64,000 nt of DNA from a virus, in the IMG/VR virus record IMGVR_UViG_3300010412_000003, positions 1 to 64,000 of that record. One strand, 5' to 3'. Position numbers and translations under genes: made by a program. The notes under the pieces were generated by a model. That model made no database searches. It was not told the DNA's origin and saw only the letters and a program-made list of their open reading frames with translations. This document shows positions 47,614-57,621 of the stretch, piece after piece; positions within the stretch are counted from its first letter, which is position 1, and every line of letters begins with the position of its first letter.

Positions 47614-50600
47614 TTATATTGAATAACTACCAGCACTTCTTGTAAAGCCTCTCAAATTCATTATTTGATTTATTTTATCAATAACCTGTTGAGAAATCTT
47701 TTCAATATCTGGTACAACATTTTCATCTAAATTACCTGCAACATTAATTTCCATTAATTTTTCAACACTGAAATTAACCTCTTTCGTAACAATTCTTGGT
47801 GTTCCAGTTAGTGTTAAGTTTGCAAGGGCATCACCAGCAGATGCAAATGCACCAGACATAGAAGAACCACCCATTGCTGTGCTTAGTGCCTGATTAGCAA
47901 TCATTGCATCTGCACTTTGAATTGCGCTTGATGGTGCTGGTGTTGACTGTTGTGTTGGAATATAGCCCAATGCCTCCCTCAATTTATTAATAAATTGTTG
48001 AACATTGTCAGCTTGAATGTTTTCGATAATAGAAATTGCATTTGCAATTTGATCTTCAAACCTTTGCCTCTCTTCTTCAAGCATTGCTTGTTGTTGATCA
48101 ACTGCATGTTCAAATTGAAATGTTTCCAACTCTTGTTGTTGTTCAGATAGTTGTGCTTCTAATTCTTGTCTCCTTCTTTTTGCTTCTTCCGAAGTGTCTA
48201 AAGATAGTTCAAGAATTTCTTTTTGAAGATCAGCAATACTCTTTTGCTTATCTTGTAGTTCATCTTGGTAGCGTTTCTCAGCAACCATAGTATCTAAAAG
48301 CTGTTTTCTTTTATTAATAATTTTGTTGTAAGAATCCAACTGATCTTTGAGTGCTTCGATTTGCTTTTTACGCATTTCCTCAACTGCATCAGCAAGGTCA
48401 TTTGTAGCACTTGTAGCACCAGATATAGCATCCTCAAGATCATCATAAACATCAGTTACCTGACCACCAGCACCAGTAATTTGATTCAGTGGTTGTGTCA
48501 AATTGTAAATGTCATTGCCTAAATTGATATTGCTTGCCATTCCCTGCAAACTAGCACCAAATTGGCTAATAGCATTCCCAATAGATTGCATAGATGTGCT
48601 TGAGCCACTAATGTCAAGTTGAAAAGTTGGAATCCCAATGTAAGTTTGAAAAAGACCACCAGCATCTATTGGGAAATTAGTCATTCCCCCTGTCCACACT
48701 GGTTGGAAATTTATTTGAGCATCAAATTGACCAATTGCATCACCAAGAGTTACAAGCAAATCACCAGCAGACATTACAAGTGCTGAAATTGCATTTCCAG
48801 TTGCTCCTGCGGTTTGCTGTGTAAAGCTATTAAAGTTCTCTTGAGATTGCATCATCCATGTTGCTATTTGACTTGCGCTAGAAAAAACATTTCCCTGCAA
48901 GTCTTGAACTTGAACACCAGCATTAAATGCCAGTTGTGCCATATTTTGTGCATAAGCCTGAAATTCTTGAGTTCCAATTCTTAAATTTTCAGTGGCTTGA
49001 AGTTGAACAACTTTCGCAATTTCGAAGTTTAATTTTTGAAGTTCTCCCAATTGAATTGTAGCATTAGACATTTGATCTAACGAATCACTAACTTCAATGC
49101 CACTTGCATCAGCAACAGAACCTAATTGCTGAAATACACCCATAACCCCTATCAATTGCTCTGAATATGACAAAATATCCATTTCGCCAGCATCAAACAT
49201 TGATGAAATTTGAGCAAGAGAACTTGATGCATCTGAAACTAATCCAGCAAACAATAACTGTTGTTGCTCACCAACTAAATCACCAAAGTCTGCTTCCGAA
49301 AGTTGTCTTTGCAATGCATCGAAATATTGTGTTGCAGAAAGCTCACCCTCTTCAAATTGTCGAGATATTTCACCTATTGCTTCCGAAAAACCACCCAAGC
49401 TTCCAGTTAGTCCAGATGCTTGCAATGCAACATCTTGTAAAAACTGAGCATAGTCCCTAGACATGGGGATTGCTCTTTCAAGTTGGGATATGTATGCATC
49501 ATAAAACTTAAGTTCTTTTTCACTAGCACCAGCCATCATTGCTTCAAATTTTGCCGTATATGCCTTTTGAACATTAAGTTTTTGAAGTTTTTCTGTGTTA
49601 AGAGTAATAATATCACCCTCAATTTCTAACAGATCAACCCAACTTTCATACTCTTCTGATAGAGCCATAATATCATCAATGGATAAAGCTCCCTCTAGTG
49701 ATTTCTTTGAAATATCAATTGTTTTTGAAATTGAATTGTGAAGATCACCAAATATATCTCTTAGGTCTTTTACCTCTTCTTCAACTTCCCCAAGACCAGA
49801 TGCTAATCCATCTAGGTTTTCAAGATATTCCTCCATGAAAGAAGACATATCACCTGTTTCTTCACCTAATGCATTTTGTGCCTTCCATGCTTCGTATAAT
49901 TCTTCACTATATGCTGGAAGTGTTGTGCTATAAAGCCTCTCAATTTGACCATTTGCCTTTTCATGTTCGGCATAAAGTCTTCCCTCTTCATCAATGTTTT
50001 TGTTTAATACTTTAGCACCATCTCTAAGAGCATTTAGATATTCTTCATAAGATGTTGTTGATTTTCTAAGTTGCATTTCAAATGCTTCAAATGCATCAAG
50101 CTTTAATAATTCTTTGTTTATAAAACTTGATTCAATTCCGTCACCAACGGCACTCTCTATTGCCTCTATTCCAGTTTTAAGTGTATCAGTTAATGCACCA
50201 AGATCATCACCAGTATCTTCTGCAACTTTTGCAAAAGTATCTTTAAATTGTTGCTTTAAGTTCTCCGTTCCTTCTTCTGCTGTTCTTACAACATTATTAT
50301 AAGCCTGAAAAGCTTTTATAACAGAATAAATTGCAATTGCAACAGCACCACCAACAACTGCTGTACTACTCATTAAACCATTTAGGGTAAGTATAGTTCC
50401 ATTAAGTATACCCAAGTTTGATATATTCGCAATCAGTATTGGAATTAAGTTACTTAATACAAGCCAAAAGTTTTGAAAAAATGTAATAATCCCAATTGCT
50501 TTTGTTCCGATTAGTTCTGCATTTAACAAAGCAATAAAGAAAACAATTCTTTCTATAAGTTTCGGAATTCCACCTGCTTTGTCAAGAAGTTCAAGCATTG

Positions 50601-51771
50601 AAGTTCCAAGGTCATACATTCTTCCAATTGCTTCTGATGTTACTGCATCCTGCCACAAACCTTCCCATGTAGCCTTAAATGTGTTAGCCCTAGCCTCCAC
50701 ACTTTTCATATAAATTTCAAATCTTTCTAATGCTCTTCCAGATGCATCTGCTTGCATTTCCTGAAACTCTAAAACATCGTTAAAGTTTTCCATAAGCACA
50801 AGGAAGTTTTCTCTTTGCCTGACACCAGCAACAGCAATTGCTATATATGATTTTTCCTTTTGAGACAGAGTTTCCCATTCAAGAGACAATTCATATAAAA
50901 CATCATCCATATCTCTAAATTGTCCCTTTGCATCAAAAAGAGTTGTGTTTGTAAATGCTTTTAAAACTTTTTCAACATCAGAAGCTGATTCTCCAACTTC
51001 ATCCAGTTGGTTTAATTTCAAATTCTGCATACGTGCAAAAAGTGTTTTAAAAGATTCACCAATACTACCAGCACTCTTTCTTGTTACGCTAGAGACTGTT
51101 GCAATATAAGCCACAAGGGTATCAAAATCAACACCTGCCTGTTGTGCAGAATTTGACGACCTCTTTAATGCCTCTGCCAACTCAGCAACACTTGTTGCGC
51201 TTTGATTATCAACCTCAACCAACTTATCTAAAACTGTAATTGCATCCGTTGCCTCAAGCTTAAAACCATTTAAGATTGATGTTAGATATTCTGTCGCTTG
51301 GGCAGACTCCATGTTGGCAAGTTTACTTGCAATCAAACTTGCACGTACAAGTTCTTGCGCTTCCTCTGCTGTCTTGCCTTGTCTAAACCACTCCAAAGAA
51401 CCTTCTGCTACTTCAATCGTGGTAGCACCCATTTCTTTTGCAAGGTTATTAAATTCAGAAGAGAGTTGACGTATTTCATCACTTGTTTTTCCAGTAACAA
51501 TTTGGACTGCTGTCATTGACTTGTCAAGGTCTTTGATATACTCAACACCCTTTCTAAGTTGTTGTAATGTACCAAAAACAGCACCTGTTGCCAATGTCCA
51601 TTCAAGAGTTTTCTTTATTGCATCACCAATACTCTGAGACAAACCTTTAACATCTTTTTGCGCCTGTTTTGCGCCTATATTAATTTTCTTTTCAGAAATT
51701 TTTTTGGTTTGAGATTCTAACTCTTTGGTATCAATTGTTGCTGTAAAAATTACTTTATATTTATCAACCAT
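47614..51771 (-). CDS. tape measure protein
   Basis: ~1385 aa, TP901-type TMP domain (LDKSMT..QIVTG, IGESFKTLFAR), hydrophobic segments. Confidence 0.92.
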   Translation of the reverse strand: MVDKYKVIFTATIDTKELESQTKKISEKKINIGAKQAQKDVKGLSQSIGDAIKKTLEWTLATGAVFGTLQQLRKGVEYIKDLDKSMTAVQIVTGKTSDEIRQLSSEFNNLAKEMGATTIEVAEGSLEWFRQGKTAEEAQELVRASLIASKLANMESAQATEYLTSILNGFKLEATDAITVLDKLVEVDNQSATSVAELAEALKRSSNSAQQAGVDFDTLVAYIATVSSVTRKSAGSIGESFKTLFARMQNLKLNQLDEVGESASDVEKVLKAFTNTTLFDAKGQFRDMDDVLYELSLEWETLSQKEKSYIAIAVAGVRQRENFLVLMENFNDVLEFQEMQADASGRALERFEIYMKSVEARANTFKATWEGLWQDAVTSEAIGRMYDLGTSMLELLDKAGGIPKLIERIVFFIALLNAELIGTKAIGIITFFQNFWLVLSNLIPILIANISNLGILNGTILTLNGLMSSTAVVGGAVAIAIYSVIKAFQAYNNVVRTAEEGTENLKQQFKDTFAKVAEDTGDDLGALTDTLKTGIEAIESAVGDGIESSFINKELLKLDAFEAFEMQLRKSTTSYEEYLNALRDGAKVLNKNIDEEGRLYAEHEKANGQIERLYSTTLPAYSEELYEAWKAQNALGEETGDMSSFMEEYLENLDGLASGLGEVEEEVKDLRDIFGDLHNSISKTIDISKKSLEGALSIDDIMALSEEYESWVDLLEIEGDIITLNTEKLQKLNVQKAYTAKFEAMMAGASEKELKFYDAYISQLERAIPMSRDYAQFLQDVALQASGLTGSLGGFSEAIGEISRQFEEGELSATQYFDALQRQLSEADFGDLVGEQQQLLFAGLVSDASSSLAQISSMFDAGEMDILSYSEQLIGVMGVFQQLGSVADASGIEVSDSLDQMSNATIQLGELQKLNFEIAKVVQLQATENLRIGTQEFQAYAQNMAQLAFNAGVQVQDLQGNVFSSASQIATWMMQSQENFNSFTQQTAGATGNAISALVMSAGDLLVTLGDAIGQFDAQINFQPVWTGGMTNFPIDAGGLFQTYIGIPTFQLDISGSSTSMQSIGNAISQFGASLQGMASNINLGNDIYNLTQPLNQITGAGGQVTDVYDDLEDAISGATSATNDLADAVEEMRKKQIEALKDQLDSYNKIINKRKQLLDTMVAEKRYQDELQDKQKSIADLQKEILELSLDTSEEAKRRRQELEAQLSEQQQELETFQFEHAVDQQQAMLEEERQRFEDQIANAISIIENIQADNVQQFINKLREALGYIPTQQSTPAPSSAIQSADAMIANQALSTAMGGSSMSGAFASAGDALANLTLTGTPRIVTKEVNFSVEKLMEINVAGNLDENVVPDIEKISQQVIDKINQIMNLRGFTRSAGSYSI

Positions 51772-51787
51772 AGATTCCCCTCCTTTC

Positions 51788-51831
51788 ATACGATATTAAA
51801 TACGATGTTAATATTAAGTTAATATCGTATT
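51788..51831. repeat. three 12-bp elements (two direct, one inverted): candidate recombinase core site
   Basis: ATACGATATTAA-ATACGATGTTAA-TATTAAG-TTAATATCGTAT. Confidence 0.6.
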
Positions 51832-51839
51832 AAGTATAT

Positions 51840-52853
51840 TTATATAAATGCTTCATCTGCATTATCTTCTTCATCCCTAATTACATAAATCTCTGTGGTT
51901 GCAGAACTTTCATGTCCCAATAATTTTTTAGCAACCTCAATATCTTTGCCTTGTTCAACAACCAATGTAGTTGCTCTTGTTTCTCTAATCAAATGTGGGT
52001 GAACTCTTCTGCCAACAATTTCTTCAAATATTGTCCTGCACCACAAGTTAAAAGTTTCAACAGATATTCTCTTTGCAGTATCAGAACTTCCAGAAATAAA
52101 AACATACCTGCAATTATCATTTCCACGAAAATCTATCCACTTTCTGATTGACTCCATAGCATCTTCATCAAATGCAAGTTGTCTAATCTTCCCTTCCTTA
52201 GAAGAACCTTTACAACGTATATCATGTGTCAAATAATATTTTGAAGTCCTTTCCTCTAAAACACCATCTTCATTTAAAACACTTATTGTTTTAATTTTTG
52301 GCTCATAATCAACGACCTCTTTTAATAGTTGTGCAACCTCTGATCTTCTAGCACCACTTGAAAAAGAAAATTTCAAATATGCCAAGTGTTGCCACAATCC
52401 TCTTTTTTCAAGTTCATTGCAAAGGTTTTTATATTCTTCAATTGTAAGAGGTTCTTTTTTGTTTACAAACTTCTGCTTTGGAGCAGGAATACCCTTGCTT
52501 ACATAGTTTCTAAACGTGGGGTATTCATCTTCATAAAAAACCTCAATATAATTATTCAAACTTGAAACGGCACTTCTCTTAAGTCTTATACCAGAAGAGG
52601 ACATTCCCAATTTGGTTAAATAATTTTGATAAAACAAAAAGTCCTTACTTCTAATTTCATAAAATTTTTTATTGCCCCTATTTTCATAAACCCAATAAAA
52701 GAAAATTCTTAATGCAGATGTATATTGCTTAAGGGTATGATCACTTAAATGAATTGATTGTTCTAAATATTCTTCAACAATCTTTCTATTTTCAGAATCA
52801 ACCAAAGACCATTTTTCATCTGTAATTTCTTCCATCTTTGTTCTTTTCGCCAT
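51840..52853 (-). CDS. tyrosine recombinase within tail operon
   Basis: SGARRSE, KG, HPHLIRETRAT, LGHESSATTEIY. Confidence 0.9.
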   Translation of the reverse strand: MAKRTKMEEITDEKWSLVDSENRKIVEEYLEQSIHLSDHTLKQYTSALRIFFYWVYENRGNKKFYEIRSKDFLFYQNYLTKLGMSSSGIRLKRSAVSSLNNYIEVFYEDEYPTFRNYVSKGIPAPKQKFVNKKEPLTIEEYKNLCNELEKRGLWQHLAYLKFSFSSGARRSEVAQLLKEVVDYEPKIKTISVLNEDGVLEERTSKYYLTHDIRCKGSSKEGKIRQLAFDEDAMESIRKWIDFRGNDNCRYVFISGSSDTAKRISVETFNLWCRTIFEEIVGRRVHPHLIRETRATTLVVEQGKDIEVAKKLLGHESSATTEIYVIRDEEDNADEAFI

Positions 52854-52865
52854 ACAAACCTCCAA

Positions 52866-53309
52866 TTAAACTTCTTTTAAAACTATCTCTAACCTTGGAT
52901 GATTCCTATCATATTCAAATGGTTTAATATGAATATAAAGATGTTTACCATCATCATCAACCATAACACCAGAATCAACAAGTCCATCATTGATAAATTT
53001 TGGTGTCATGATCATATTGTCCATATCTCTTCTTCTATTATCACCAAAGTAAAATGTATATTCCATTTCTACATTGGTCATATTAAGATTTTCGATTCCA
53101 TAAAAGCTCGACATCCATTTTGCAAATTCTTTATATTTCTGTTTCACAGAATTTTGAACCATTCGCTTCATGGCTATGAAGGCATTTAGACTTGGTGGAA
53201 AAACACCCTTGATTGGTTTTACCTTTCTTCTTGGATAGGTCTCAAAATAACACTCATGATACAAGTCTATTAACTCTTGATCTATTGTCAAATAAAATTT
53301 TCTTTTCAT
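52866..53309 (-). CDS. RusA-like Holliday junction resolvase
   Basis: PSLN, RRRDMDN...K.INDGL..G...DD, PRLEI. Confidence 0.8.
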   Translation of the reverse strand: MKRKFYLTIDQELIDLYHECYFETYPRRKVKPIKGVFPPSLNAFIAMKRMVQNSVKQKYKEFAKWMSSFYGIENLNMTNVEMEYTFYFGDNRRRDMDNMIMTPKFINDGLVDSGVMVDDDGKHLYIHIKPFEYDRNHPRLEIVLKEV

Positions 53310-53378
53310 TTTTGATTCTTTCTTAATTTATTTTTAGTCTATTTTTAATTTAGTCTTAACTAAATTTTTAATAAAGGT

Positions 53379-53414
53379 AAAAAAAAGAGGGATGGGAAAT
53401 TTATCCCATCCCTC
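53379..53414 (-). terminator. intrinsic terminator
   Basis: GAGGGATGGGA stem with U-tract on minus strand. Confidence 0.75.
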
Positions 53415-53430
53415 AAAATAAAATACTTAG

Positions 53431-53619
53431 TTAAGCAACTGGTTCTTTGGTAAAGAAAATTCTGATAATAATATTTGCAATACCAACCAACAGCATGAAA
53501 ATACCATTCACAGAAAGATCACCACCATTAAGAAACTCAATCACCAACTGTACAATACCAGCCAATGCGGTCAAAATATTCAACCACACAGTTTTAGATT
53601 CAAACCATCTCTTAAACAT
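53431..53619 (-). CDS. putative holin
   Basis: 62 aa, W..SKT.W.N start, two transmembrane helices. Confidence 0.65.
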   Translation of the reverse strand: MFKRWFESKTVWLNILTALAGIVQLVIEFLNGGDLSVNGIFMLLVGIANIIIRIFFTKEPVA

Positions 53620-53633
53620 AATTTCAAACTCCT

Positions 53634-54203
53634 TTAAATTTTTTTAATTTGTATTCCAAGTGAACTTCCAATTTTTGCAAGTTCTTTTCTTGTATAAATT
53701 TCCAAACCCCTTTGATCAAACATTTTTTTCATTGTTCTATCCCAATAGGGTTTCACCCTTCTAGCCAACCAGTGACTTGAAGTAAATCCATCTTTGTTCA
53801 AATATTCATCCAACATACTTCTAACATCACCCCAAGAGCTTTCGTTGCCATGTTTATACATGCCATCAGAGCCATCATATTCCATGCTTTGCCAATCATA
53901 AATCATTTTTGCAATAACTGACTGTGCTGTAAATTGAAGGTCTTTCCACTTAAAAGCCTCTAAAAATTCAAAAGAGGGTTGTCGTGTGCCACCCAAATAC
54001 CAAGCTACACCACCAGAATATCTTGAAACAGTTCCATCTTTTTTTCTTCCGACTGGTCTTGCTTCATCACTCTGATAGGCATATTTCAAAATATTTTCCC
54101 TTAATTCTGCCAGAAAGTATTTGGTTGCTTTGTCAATCACTGGTTCTAAGATTTGTTTCCTCATAAACATTTGCACCGCAAATGTATTGCTTAGTCCACC
54201 CAT
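53634..54203 (-). CDS. putative virion morphogenesis protein
   Basis: basic 189-aa ORF in structural operon. Confidence 0.5.
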   Translation of the reverse strand: MGGLSNTFAVQMFMRKQILEPVIDKATKYFLAELRENILKYAYQSDEARPVGRKKDGTVSRYSGGVAWYLGGTRQPSFEFLEAFKWKDLQFTAQSVIAKMIYDWQSMEYDGSDGMYKHGNESSWGDVRSMLDEYLNKDGFTSSHWLARRVKPYWDRTMKKMFDQRGLEIYTRKELAKIGSSLGIQIKKI

Positions 54204-54424
54204 TTTTCATCAAACCCCCTAGTGATTTTTCTATTTATTCTCTCTTTTTTCTCACTCTTTTTTCTTTTTTGCTCTTCTAAAATGGCGAATATTTCATCAT
54301 CATCTACTTCAACTTTGCAGGTTGGGCAAATTATAATTTCCTCACCCTCGTAACTATTAACTTGCAATTGCGTAGAGCAAGTTGGACATTTATTTTTTAG
54401 AGTTTTTAATTTCTTTCCAAGCAT
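54191..54424 (-). CDS. zinc-ribbon protein
   Basis: CPTC...CPTC. Confidence 0.65.
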   Translation of the reverse strand: MLGKKLKTLKNKCPTCSTQLQVNSYEGEEIIICPTCKVEVDDDEIFAILEEQKRKKSEKKERINRKITRGFDEKWVD

Positions 54425-54429
54425 TTTAC

Positions 54430-55014
54430 TTACTTTCTGTTAGCATCCTCAATGATTTGCCCAACAGGAGAATCTTTAAGGGTTTCACCAACCTGCTTTA
54501 TGCTTTTAGTTAAGGATTCAAGAGATTCTTCCGTACCCTCTTCTGAAATTCTTTCAACAAAAGCTATAATAGAATTAATAAGGCTTTGTAGTGCCTTTTC
54601 AAAAGAGTTCTTCATGAGCATTTCGTTTTTGTAATTATCAACAGCAATCATAATATTACCAATAACATCATGGTAGTTTTCAATGGCATATGTAATTTCT
54701 TCCCACAAGCCACTTGCAAGAAAACCATCAAGATCAAGAACGAAGTTTCCCTCTTCATCAAAAACCATAATGTTAGTATATTTGTCAACGACCTCCATTG
54801 TAAATGCATGTTCAGCACCAAAGTAATTCCAACCAGATAAAAACATTTCTGTTTCAACTTCTTCTGAAAGAAAATATGTCTCCATATATTTTGATGCTAA
54901 AACTAACATATCTTGATATGGAATATATCGAAATACTTTGATTTCCTCTCCCCCAAATTTTCCATCCAATGTTTTCAATTCCTGCTTCTGAAAACTTAAC
55001 TTTTTTTTCTCCAT
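54430..55014 (-). CDS. hypothetical protein (possible tail assembly chaperone)
   Basis: acidic 194-aa ORF between tail tube and TMP genes. Confidence 0.55.
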   Translation of the reverse strand: MEKKKLSFQKQELKTLDGKFGGEEIKVFRYIPYQDMLVLASKYMETYFLSEEVETEMFLSGWNYFGAEHAFTMEVVDKYTNIMVFDEEGNFVLDLDGFLASGLWEEITYAIENYHDVIGNIMIAVDNYKNEMLMKNSFEKALQSLINSIIAFVERISEEGTEESLESLTKSIKQVGETLKDSPVGQIIEDANRK

Positions 55015-55067
55015 TGTTTAAAAATTCTCCAATTTAATTTAATAAAAACAATATTTTATTATGTGGA

Positions 55068-55535
55068 CTATTTGTTGCCCACTTCCGCTATAATACCAAT
55101 TATCTTTTCAATGCCTTGCCATATTGCTACCAAAATACTCCCACCAAATAATGCTGGAACTCCCTTTTCTTTAATAAGAGATAAAATATCAATCTTACCT
55201 CTATCTTCAAGTTCATCAATTTGTGTTTTAACTTCATCAATTGCCTTCCCAACATTATTTTCTAACCCCGAAAGTCTTTGTGATAGGTTTCCCTCAATCT
55301 CTGCTGTTTTAGCTGTTCCTGCAACGATCTCAGATCGCATTTCGGTCATAGCAATTCTCATGGACACAATAGCCTCAGATAACTCTTTTTGTATTGCGAC
55401 AGAACCTTCATGGATTTCATTTGATCTTTCTAAGTACGCACCAAGAATGCCAACAGATTTTTCCAATTCAGAAATGTCTTCTTCTATTTTGCCAACTCTA
55501 TTTTCAAGACTAATTAATCTGCTATCTTCTGCCAC
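55068..55535 (-). CDS. coiled-coil protein with C-terminal membrane segment (XhlA/holin-like)
   Basis: GTG start after GGAGG; RLxxLE coiled coil, hydrophobic C-terminus. Confidence 0.55.
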   Translation of the reverse strand: MAEDSRLISLENRVGKIEEDISELEKSVGILGAYLERSNEIHEGSVAIQKELSEAIVSMRIAMTEMRSEIVAGTAKTAEIEGNLSQRLSGLENNVGKAIDEVKTQIDELEDRGKIDILSLIKEKGVPALFGGSILVAIWQGIEKIIGIIAEVGNK

Positions 55536-55557
55536 TATGTCACCCTCCAAAACAAAA

Positions 55558-55752
55558 TTATACTTCTATAGTGTCTCCAACTTTGTATTTTTTGCTGTCT
55601 GTGATTTGCATCCATACATTACCCTGTTTTGTTTTATAAACAAGATATTTTTCAGCAACAAGAATTATTTCATATTTGCTTTTTAAAGACTTTGGCTTCT
55701 TTTTTGGCAAATCCTTCTTATCACCTTCAACAACATTTTCTTCATCAACCAT
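55558..55752 (-). CDS. hypothetical protein
   Basis: 64-aa ORF, AGGAG RBS. Confidence 0.6.
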   Translation of the reverse strand: MVDEENVVEGDKKDLPKKKPKSLKSKYEIILVAEKYLVYKTKQGNVWMQITDSKKYKVGDTIEV

Positions 55753-55768
55753 AAAATGATCTCCTAAA

Positions 55769-55800
55769 TTATAGGGGTGTGTAGAAACACACCCCTATAA
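55769..55800 (-). terminator. hairpin downstream of major tail gene
   Basis: TTATAGGGGTGTGT/ACACACCCCTATAA 14-bp stem. Confidence 0.6.
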
Positions 55801-55815
55801 TATTTGTAATAAAAA

Positions 55816-56841
55816 TTAGCTGGCAGTTACAACTACATTAGCATCAATCGTTGCCTTGGCAGTGATAGAGGCTTTTACAACTGCTGTTCCAGAAGAAACA
55901 TAGGTCACAAGACCACTGGAAACTGTTACAACAGCAGGTGTATCTGATGCCCATGTAATATCCGCATCAGGTGGAATAAATGGCGCACCAGTTTGCGGAA
56001 CGGCATAAAGCACAAGTTGCTTAGTGCCACTTGCAATGGTGAAATCCCCACCCTGAATCGCAAGAGCAATAACTTCGTCATACCAGTTTGCACCATTAAT
56101 AACTTCGATGATCTTTGCATATACAGGTTCATCAGTACAAGCACCTGTAGCAAGTTCATCAGATGCCAAAGCTCTAGCAGACAAAGGGGTAGACGACACA
56201 CCATCTGCTGTCATTGAAATGCTGAAAGCACCAGTCAATGAAGCTTTTGGAACAATAATTTGAACCTCACCAATAACATTGGTTGCCGAATCCGAACTGT
56301 TCAATTGTGCAACCATAACCAGCCTTACAATGCTAGGAATAACATTAGCTGGAATGGTCACAGAACGAGCAGATGAATCCAAGGCGTAATATCTCACACA
56401 CACAACATCATTTTCAGCACCAACGCCAGAAGTGAAGTTAGAGCCAGAGAATGTCACTCTTTCAACCGTACCATCTTGGAAAGTTACCCAACCATAGATG
56501 GAAGCACCTTGAATAGCCAGTGGTGTTCCAGTAACTGTACCAGTTGCACCAGCCCCCAATGTAATCGTTTCCTCAGTATAAATGTTAGAACCAGTTGCAA
56601 TCTGTGCGCCCACAGAGTTAGCTAACAGGTCAAGATTCCACTGAGCATCAGTGAGATTGATAGTTAATTCAGCAGTGTTATAATACACATATTGAAGCTG
56701 ATTACCTCTACCAGCACGAACATCTGTGTTGCCAACGCTCGTTTCAATCGAGCTATCAAGTAGAGTTTTCGCACTAAACAAAAGCACATCATTTTCATCA
56801 TACGCATACACATCTGCAACTGACGTTAAAAATTTTCTCAT
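55816..56841 (-). CDS. major tail tube protein with C-terminal Ig-like domain
   Basis: VRAGRGN, DAQW, C-terminal WASDTPAVVTV..GLVT Big_2-like. Confidence 0.75.
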   Translation of the reverse strand: MRKFLTSVADVYAYDENDVLLFSAKTLLDSSIETSVGNTDVRAGRGNQLQYVYYNTAELTINLTDAQWNLDLLANSVGAQIATGSNIYTEETITLGAGATGTVTGTPLAIQGASIYGWVTFQDGTVERVTFSGSNFTSGVGAENDVVCVRYYALDSSARSVTIPANVIPSIVRLVMVAQLNSSDSATNVIGEVQIIVPKASLTGAFSISMTADGVSSTPLSARALASDELATGACTDEPVYAKIIEVINGANWYDEVIALAIQGGDFTIASGTKQLVLYAVPQTGAPFIPPDADITWASDTPAVVTVSSGLVTYVSSGTAVVKASITAKATIDANVVVTAS

Positions 56842-56858
56842 TTAGCAATCCTCCTAAA

Positions 56859-57620
56859 TTATTTTTTTTGGTTCTCAAAATTAACTTGGCTTTGAATTTC
56901 ATCAAGACCAATTGTTACACCTGCAAGCTTATCTTTATCCAAGTCTGCAAGCCAATGTTTTATAAATTTTTCATCTTTAAATTTTACCATTCCACTCATA
57001 GAAGCAGTAAGATAAATTTGATAATGAAGTTTATGATCTAGTCTTTCTATAATTTTGTTAAATTTTCGAATGCTTAGATTATAAATATCATCTATTTTAA
57101 AAGATGTAGAAATTAGAACAGCAACAACTAAGTCTTCAAGAGAACCCATTTTTGTTTGACTCATTTTTGCTTTTAGACGTTTTGCTTCCTCCATCTTGTC
57201 TCTAATTTCTTTTTGAATTGTTTCATCTGGTATCTCTACCATATTTTGTTCACAGATTATCAGCTTTATATTTTCAAAATCATCACTATCATAAGTTATT
57301 TTATCAACTAAGAATATTGGTTTAACATTTTCATTAAACTTAAGTTCAATTCTTGAGGAATCAATTCTTAAAACCATTGCCAAAAGTTCTTTAAACAATA
57401 ATGCATATGGATTATCTTTTGTCGTATAACGATAAAGATATTCTAAATATGTCATTGTAATAATTGAAACATCTGGAATGCTATTTTTTTCCATTAAAAT
57501 TGATTGTACCAAAAAATAAAACTCATAATAATTATTCATTAAAGCTGGATATATTTTCAATCCTTTATATTCAACAGGAAGGTCGAATACAAGGTTTTTT
57601 TCGTAAACAGATTTTTCCAT
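56859..57620 (-). CDS. tail assembly-region protein
   Basis: IICEQN, LSIRKF..I.RLD motif; position. Confidence 0.55.
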   Translation of the reverse strand: MEKSVYEKNLVFDLPVEYKGLKIYPALMNNYYEFYFLVQSILMEKNSIPDVSIITMTYLEYLYRYTTKDNPYALLFKELLAMVLRIDSSRIELKFNENVKPIFLVDKITYDSDDFENIKLIICEQNMVEIPDETIQKEIRDKMEEAKRLKAKMSQTKMGSLEDLVVAVLISTSFKIDDIYNLSIRKFNKIIERLDHKLHYQIYLTASMSGMVKFKDEKFIKHWLADLDKDKLAGVTIGLDEIQSQVNFENQKK

Positions 57621-57621
57621 G

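Noticed and set aside
51799-51831. Identity with loxP
   Set aside because: Arms resemble loxP arms (ATACGAxGTTA) but in the opposite orientation around the spacer; treated as coincidental
55063-55686. 207-aa + strand ORF
   Set aside because: Antisense shadow of two minus-strand genes in the late operon; the many other short opposite-strand ORFs were rejected for the same reason
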